DNA of 64,000 nucleotides from NCBI RefSeq assembly GCF_009914755.1, contig NC_060928.1. One strand, given 5' to 3'. Of this stretch, positions 55,071-64,000 are shown in pieces; the first letter of the stretch is position 1, and the number at the start of each line of letters is the position of its first letter. The notes below the pieces were generated by a model. That model made no database searches. It saw nothing but the letters and a program-made list of their open reading frames with translations, and had not been told where the DNA came from. The translations under genes and the position numbers were made by a program. Source of the stretch: the human T2T-CHM13v2.0 reference genome, Homo sapiens.

Positions 55071-56530
55071 ATGGAAGAATAGGCTGAACAATCATAAAGG
55101 TAACATCTGTCAGTGATGGAAATAAGAACTATTTTCAAAATTGTAAATTAGAATGCTATTTTTCTCATGTGAGTCAAACATGGAACAGGGAAAAAGCCTG
55201 TTTTGCAAACTTTTCCACCAGTTTCCCCAAAGGCCAAGAAAGAACAACACTGCAGGGGAACTTGGTATTAAAGTCGCCGCCCCCTCTAAGAAGCCCCAAC
55301 TTTCTTTGAGTTTTAGCTTAACATTTCAAGTGACTTCTGCATTCCACTCTATAAACAGCTGTGCCATCAAGGAAACTTTATTCTCTAGAAAGATGCAACC
55401 TGTTTCTCCAGGTACCGACATGCTTTGGAGAAACATGTACCGTGTTTGTAGAAGCAAGAATGTATAAAAATATCTAGCACAATGCCAAGAGCTCAATAAT
55501 GGGTGACTATCATTATTACTGCTATTACTAACCAGAAAACAGTACTAGACCTATTAACCCCACTTTCAAAGACAAAAGCAAAGGCGCAGAGGATAAAGTA
55601 ACTTGCCAGTATAATACAATTAATCTGTACGATATCAAAAACTATTCATTATACTTGAAGTTTGTTATATGAATTATTTTACAGATGGAAAAGCCTTGGA
55701 AATCTACTCTATATGACTAGTCTCTAGTTAGAGGCCTAGAGAGGGCCATAGATTTGCCCAAGGTCCCCTAGATGATTTCCAAACATAGGCAGTGCTTGAG
55801 CTCAGATGTCCCAATACTACTAAATCATGGTACTTTTCAATCAGCATTAAGTGAATGAATGAATTCTAGAACAAGCCACTGCATACAGTAGGCTCCCAAT
55901 AAACATTTGTTGAATGAATGAACAATCATGAAAACACATCTGGAGCTATGATAGATGTTTTCATATTCATCAGCAAATTTCATCCTCACAATAATTTTAT
56001 ATAGGAAACCAAACTTTTCATTTTACAGACCAAAAAACCCAAGTTCCAAAAAGTTAATGGCTTACACAACATGCATGCTTACTGAGTGACAAAGCCAAGT
56101 TGAAACCCAAATATTCAGAACATCTGACAATATGTGAGGAGCTTGACAAAAGAATAATTTTTCAGGTAACCAAAAATTATCAAAGTGCCATCAAGTACGC
56201 AATATTTTCAAAATTTAATTTGATGGGATTTAAAAGTGCACACACACTCAAACATAATATGTTGATGCTGTTATTATGTTTGTTATATATAAATGTGTTT
56301 CAGGAGCTACTGGAACTTTTCAGCAGTTTGTCCCTCCATTGAGTGGCCCAAAGCAACTATGTATTTTAAGTTCTTATTCCTACTTTAATAGTCTTTTTGA
56401 ATACTTTTGTTCTCCATTATATCCTCAGCAGAGACTCTTTCTCCTATACTTATAACTCTTTGTATGCATAAACTGAGATAAAAATCACCAGGCTTATTAA
56501 AACTGTGTACAAACTTGGAATGAATACCTA

Positions 56531-56952
56531 GTATCATGAGTTGAATTGTGTTCTCTCAAAAGATATTGAAGTTCTAACCCCCAGTACATGTGACTGTGAC
56601 CTTATTGGGAAATAGGCTTCTGCAGATAATCAAGTGAAGATGAGGTCATTGGGGTGGACTCAAATCCAGTATGACTGGTGTCCTTATAAAAGGGGGAAAT
56701 TTGGATGCAGAGACACACATGCACACAGGAAGAACACCATGAGATGAGTTATGCTATCATAAGCCTAGAAACTACCAGAAGCTGGGCGAGAGGTCTGGAA
56801 CAGACCCTTCCCTACCGCCTTCAGAGCGAGAGTGGCCTTGTGGACACCTTGAGCTCAGACTTTTAGCCTCCAGAATTGTGAGACAATAAATTTCTGTTGT
56901 TTAAGCACTGGTTTGTGATACTTTATTACAGCAACCCAAGAAAACTAATATA
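56531..56952 (+). mobile_element. MaLR solo LTR (MLT1B/C-like)
   Basis: gttgaattgtgttctc, gatgaggtcattggggtgg..aatccagtatgactggtgtccttataaaagggg, gcctccagaattgtgagacaataaatttctgttgtttaagc. Confidence 0.88.
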
Positions 56953-57194
56953 AGTATATTTGGATGAAGGCCTGAGGCATTTTTCCTGAATTTGTTCACC
57001 TCTGGATTCTCAACTATAGCCTCAGTTTGTAATGTAGTTTTTGTAATAAGCTGGATATTATTACATAAAACCGACCACATTGCTGATCAGTGTTAAGTCC
57101 TGTGAGGCTGGAAGGACTATGAGTGGACTAATAAATTTTTGCTTATCTCTCAATTTTACTCAAATTTCTTTCAAATGAAAGGTTTAAAAAAATA

Positions 57195-57563
<369 letters not shown>

Positions 57564-58113
57564 TCATCCTTACATCCTTACTCACGTTTCAGCAAATTAA
57601 TAACAAAATTTTTCTTTTGTTGAAAAGATAGCTTGAATTTACTCACCAAAAGGCCAATCTAAAGACCAAAATGGGACTGGTTAGTCCACGGATTGATTAC
57701 TTGCTCCCTTACCCTTTCATGCACCTCTTATTACAAAAGGCACATAGAATCTGTCCCCTCAAGCAATCAGAAGTAAATTTACCATGGCTACCACATCGTT
57801 ATCAGAAAAATTGTCTGCTAAGGCTGATAAATCGGTTGATTATCTGCTTCCTTGACTTTTATTTCTTTTTGTATAAATGTTTTCATTTTAACATTACCAA
57901 TACTTCTTAGAAGATCAGTAATAAATTACCAAACTACTGAAATCACCAGGAAGTCTTTACTAGGTCAAAGAACCTAAACAAAAATGAACACCCCCAATAG
58001 CCCTAACCATATAACAATGCATTCTACAGTCTAAGAAATAGCATTCTATGGATAGATAAATGACTACTTATCAAAATCTTAGCTTATACATAAAATGATA
58101 CATTTCTTTGTAG

Positions 58114-58141
58114 ACACACACACACACACACACACACACAC
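58114..58141. repeat. (CA)n microsatellite
   Basis: Direct reading. Confidence 0.95.
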
Positions 58142-59004
58142 CAAGAGCATTGGCATGATGTACCTTGTAATAAACATATTATAGTCATCATCATTCTGTC
58201 TGCCAAAGAAAAACTTCATACAGTAAGTCCTTTACTTACTAAAAATATACATATATCCAGAAAGAAAAGGGCCGTGGGAGACAAGAGACTTAGCAAGGGA
58301 AAAGAGACAAAATAGATTTTTATTTAGTGCTTAAATACGTATAAAACAAAAGCTGCAAGGAGGCAGCTTCCCCTAACGCGCCCCCTGCAACCCACCAACA
58401 CATTCACAAAATGATATTGGTGCAATTTATTGTATGAGAATATTTTTTATCAGTTATGCACAAGAATCCATGAGAGCAAAGGACAATCCATTTCAAGGAC
58501 AGCCCTAACTCAAAGTTAACTTTAAACACTGATTTAGGCCAACAGTTTTAACCTTTACTCCTACTAGGCTTTGTGCCAGGGCTGCTATCAAGTGGTCAAA
58601 TGTATTCTTATTCCTTGTCTCCTTTTATTTTCCCTGCCCACCTTCTGGTACACACAGAAGTCAACAATAGAGAGCAAAAAAACAACAACAATTAACAAAA
58701 ACTGCAATCAACCAACAAGCTAAGGTAATTCCAAGGGCCAGGATACCCCACAGCTAAATTAACATTCCCTTAACAACTCAAGTCCAGTGGTTTTATCCAT
58801 TTAATTCTCTTTGAAGAATCCTGAAGGTGTACCTTCCTTTCTTCTCAGGCATTCCTCAGGCATGCCCTTGGGGTTTTCACTAAGAGGGCTTTTCTAGATT
58901 TTTCACCTAAAAGAAATCCAGCACTGTTTTCTAGGGCTTTGTCACCAGCAGGGATGCTCCAGAGGAGCCATTCATTCCATCCCCAATAAAACTCGGATGC
59001 TTCT

Positions 59005-61661
<2,657 letters not shown>

Positions 61662-62092
61662 CTTTGGAAAATGCATCAAGTGGTAAGATTGAAGTTTGGA
61701 AACATGCTCTACTGCTACTTTGGATAAGGCTCAACTCCAAGGTAGCTGGTCAAAAAAAAAAAAAAAAAAAAAAAAAAGAAAAGAAAAAACAACATTCATA
61801 TGCCATTTCCTGGGAGTGACCACTTATATTATTCCTACATCAGTTCCTCTGGTTCTTGACCTTTTGGGTGACTGTTAAGTGCCCTAATTTTGTATTTGAA
61901 TAAAAACACCACTTCTTTTTCACCTAAGAACTGTCTGCAGTTCTGTAGCTGCAACATTCCCACATATTATAAGAATTTCATTAACCAGCTTATCCTCCAC
62001 CCAAAACTGGTATTTTAAAAGGAGAGTGAAAATATATTGGGCAATTTAAAGAAGTTATTTGAAACACACAAGTTTGAAAAGCTTTTGATATA

Positions 62093-62172
62093 TTAGGTTG
62101 GGGCAGAAAGTAATTACGGTTTTGCCATTACTTTTAATAGTAAAAACATCAATTGCTTTTGCACCAATCTAA
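62093..62172. mobile_element. MADE1 mariner MITE (80 bp, TA TSD)
   Basis: ta-ttaggttggggcagaaagtaattacggttttgccatta-ctttta-atagtaaaaacatcaattgcttttgcaccaatctaa-ta. Confidence 0.9.
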
Positions 62173-62267
62173 TAAATTTGCTCAACTAATCAGGCTTTGT
62201 TTTAAATCTTTGTTTTGAAGTTACTTACAGAAAACCTAATTTTTAAGAAAAATTTCCACATTAATAT

Positions 62268-62436
62268 CAGCAGTGGTAAATCCTACTTTATGCTTTGCGG
62301 GGCACATATAGTCTCTGTCCTTATATTTTGTTGTTGTTTTAAAGAACCCTTTAAAAACATAAAAACTATTCTTAGCTCAAGGCAAAAAAAAAAAAAAAAA
62401 AAAAAAAAAACTGGCTACAGTTTGCAGACTTCTGCT
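62268..62436. mobile_element. MER58B-like hAT fragment
   Basis: gctttgcggggcacatatagtctctgtc, aaaaactattcttagctc, cagtttgcagacttctg. Confidence 0.65.
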
Positions 62437-62498
62437 CTCCAGAACAGGTACTTTTTCTTTATATATAAAAAAAAAAAGCGGAATGGTGCTCTAAAACA

Positions 62499-62576
62499 GC
62501 GATGAGCTAAGATTGCACCACTGCACTCCAGCCTGGGCAAAAAAGTAAGACCCAGTCTCAAAAAAAAAAAAAAAAA
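62499..62576 (+). mobile_element. Alu 3' fragment
   Basis: tgagctaagattgcaccactgcactccagcctgggc...poly-A. Confidence 0.88.
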
Positions 62577-62693
62577 TTCCGATATATGGCAACAAGTTTC
62601 ATCATCATCTTTTTAATCCAGCCACTTGTGTAAGTCATTGAGCACCTTTGTGCCTCAGTTTCTTCATCTATAAAATAAGGGGTTAGGATGGAT

Positions 62694-62893
62694 CAGTGGT
62701 TTCCAAACCACACATAGAGGAAGCCTGGGGCTCTCGGGCAAGGTTGGGCTCTATGGACCCACCCCCAGCTCTCACCCCAGCACACACCCAGCCTGCACAG
62801 CCCTGCTTTGTCTTTGATCTTTTCTACATAGTGGAGCTCTCCATAAAGACAAGGAAGGGTTCCACCTATTTTGTTTTGTTTTGAAAGCCACTG
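62694..62893. mobile_element. hAT-Charlie-type MITE inside a MIR-like remnant
   Basis: TIR-like ends cagtggtttccaaa / tttgaaagccactg. Confidence 0.6.
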
Positions 62894-63024
62894 TTTTAGA
62901 TGACCTCAGGGATCCTCCTGGTGCAAATCCTCTATGAATCCACTTTGGGTCATCAGTCATTATCCAATCATCTTACTGGGGACTAAGTGTCAGGTAAATA
63001 GAAATGATTTAAAATCCTATATTG

Positions 63025-63320
63025 AGCCAGGCACAGTGTCTCACACCTATAATCCCAGCACTTTGGGAGGCTGAGGTGGGGTATCACTTGAGGCCAGGAG
63101 TTTGAGACCAGCCTGGGCAACATAGCAAGACTCCCATCTCTACAAAAAGTTTAAAAATTACCCAGGACTGGTGGCATACTCTAGTACCAGCTACTTGGGA
63201 GGCTAAGGTGGGAGGATCACTTGAGACCAGTAAGTGGAGGCTGCAGCTGATGATCACACAACTGCACTCCAGCCTGGACTATAAGAGTTAAGATCCTGTC
63301 TCAAAAATTAAAATAAAAAC
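63025..63320 (+). mobile_element. Alu (AluJ-type) with TSD
   Basis: Alu consensus; TSD aaatcctatattga on both sides. Confidence 0.93.
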
Positions 63321-64000
63321 AAATCCTATATTGAGTATTTAAAAGAGGAGAGGCAAAAACAAGAAAGATCTTATCCTAAGGGACCACCCGTACTTGTTCA
63401 GATTTGTGGAAATTCACTGGACAGCCAAATCAAGAGAGTTCCCAAGTCCCACATATACTCATGAAAGGGAGAGCTCATTCCTGCATCACTCTGCTTAGAG
63501 CACTGGGAAAAGCAGAATGCTTTAGCAAAGGAAGGACCACTGAGCTGAGACTCAGAGACCTGGTTCCACTTTGAATTTGGAATTTACCAGCTATATAACT
63601 TCTGATGTTTATTTAACAAAAATTGAAAACCCTACTATAAACAAGCTCTTAGACATGGTATGAGGAATACAGTGATGAACCAGAAATATGAAGAATGCTC
63701 TGTCCCCCACTACTGAAATCCATCATCCATAAAGTAGGGTATTAATACTGCTCTCTCTCCCATACATGGTGGTCCTGCCAAGATGGCCAAGTACATGTAA
63801 ACTGCAAAGCATGGATAACATTAAACCAGAAACCTGTAGATTCTCCTCCTTTTAAGTAAATAAATATAATCAACTCCAACAATTCACTAATATTGGTGAA
63901 ATAGGGCCACAATAAGTTTTGTATAGCAGAAAATCTATTTATACAGCATGAAACAGCATGGCAAAATAGAAAGGGCACAAGCTTTGGAACCAGACACTCC

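Overview
Primate (human-like) genomic DNA lying entirely inside the minus-strand gene ZNF827 (C2H2 zinc-finger, NuRD-recruiting factor). Four internal coding exons can be spliced by hand with GT-AG boundaries and compatible phases: 47266-46217 (1050 nt), 36466-36294 (173 nt), 30208-29728 (481 nt) and 14534-14301 (234 nt). They encode the low-complexity/poly-Pro region, three C2H2 fingers and two copies of a VKEEPKE...D(I/V)SVKxASxxLMKLS module. The first coding exon and the 3' exons lie outside the window; exon numbering (2-5) is from my recollection of the gene. The remaining ~97% is intron with Alus, old L1/L2/MIR, MaLR LTRs (one full LTR-int-LTR element), hAT and mariner MITEs and microsatellites. 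I found no convincing new multi-gene system. The best leads are: an exon-duplication module that conserves even the intronic donor sequence; exon phases that make several possible circRNAs stop-free; an ancient tRNA-derived SINE with intact Pol III A/B boxes; a small dispersed duplication with readable insertion history; competing splice sites at exons 2 and 3; and two closely spaced inverted Alu pairs. Repeat subfamily names are from memory of consensus sequences and repeat boundaries are approximate.
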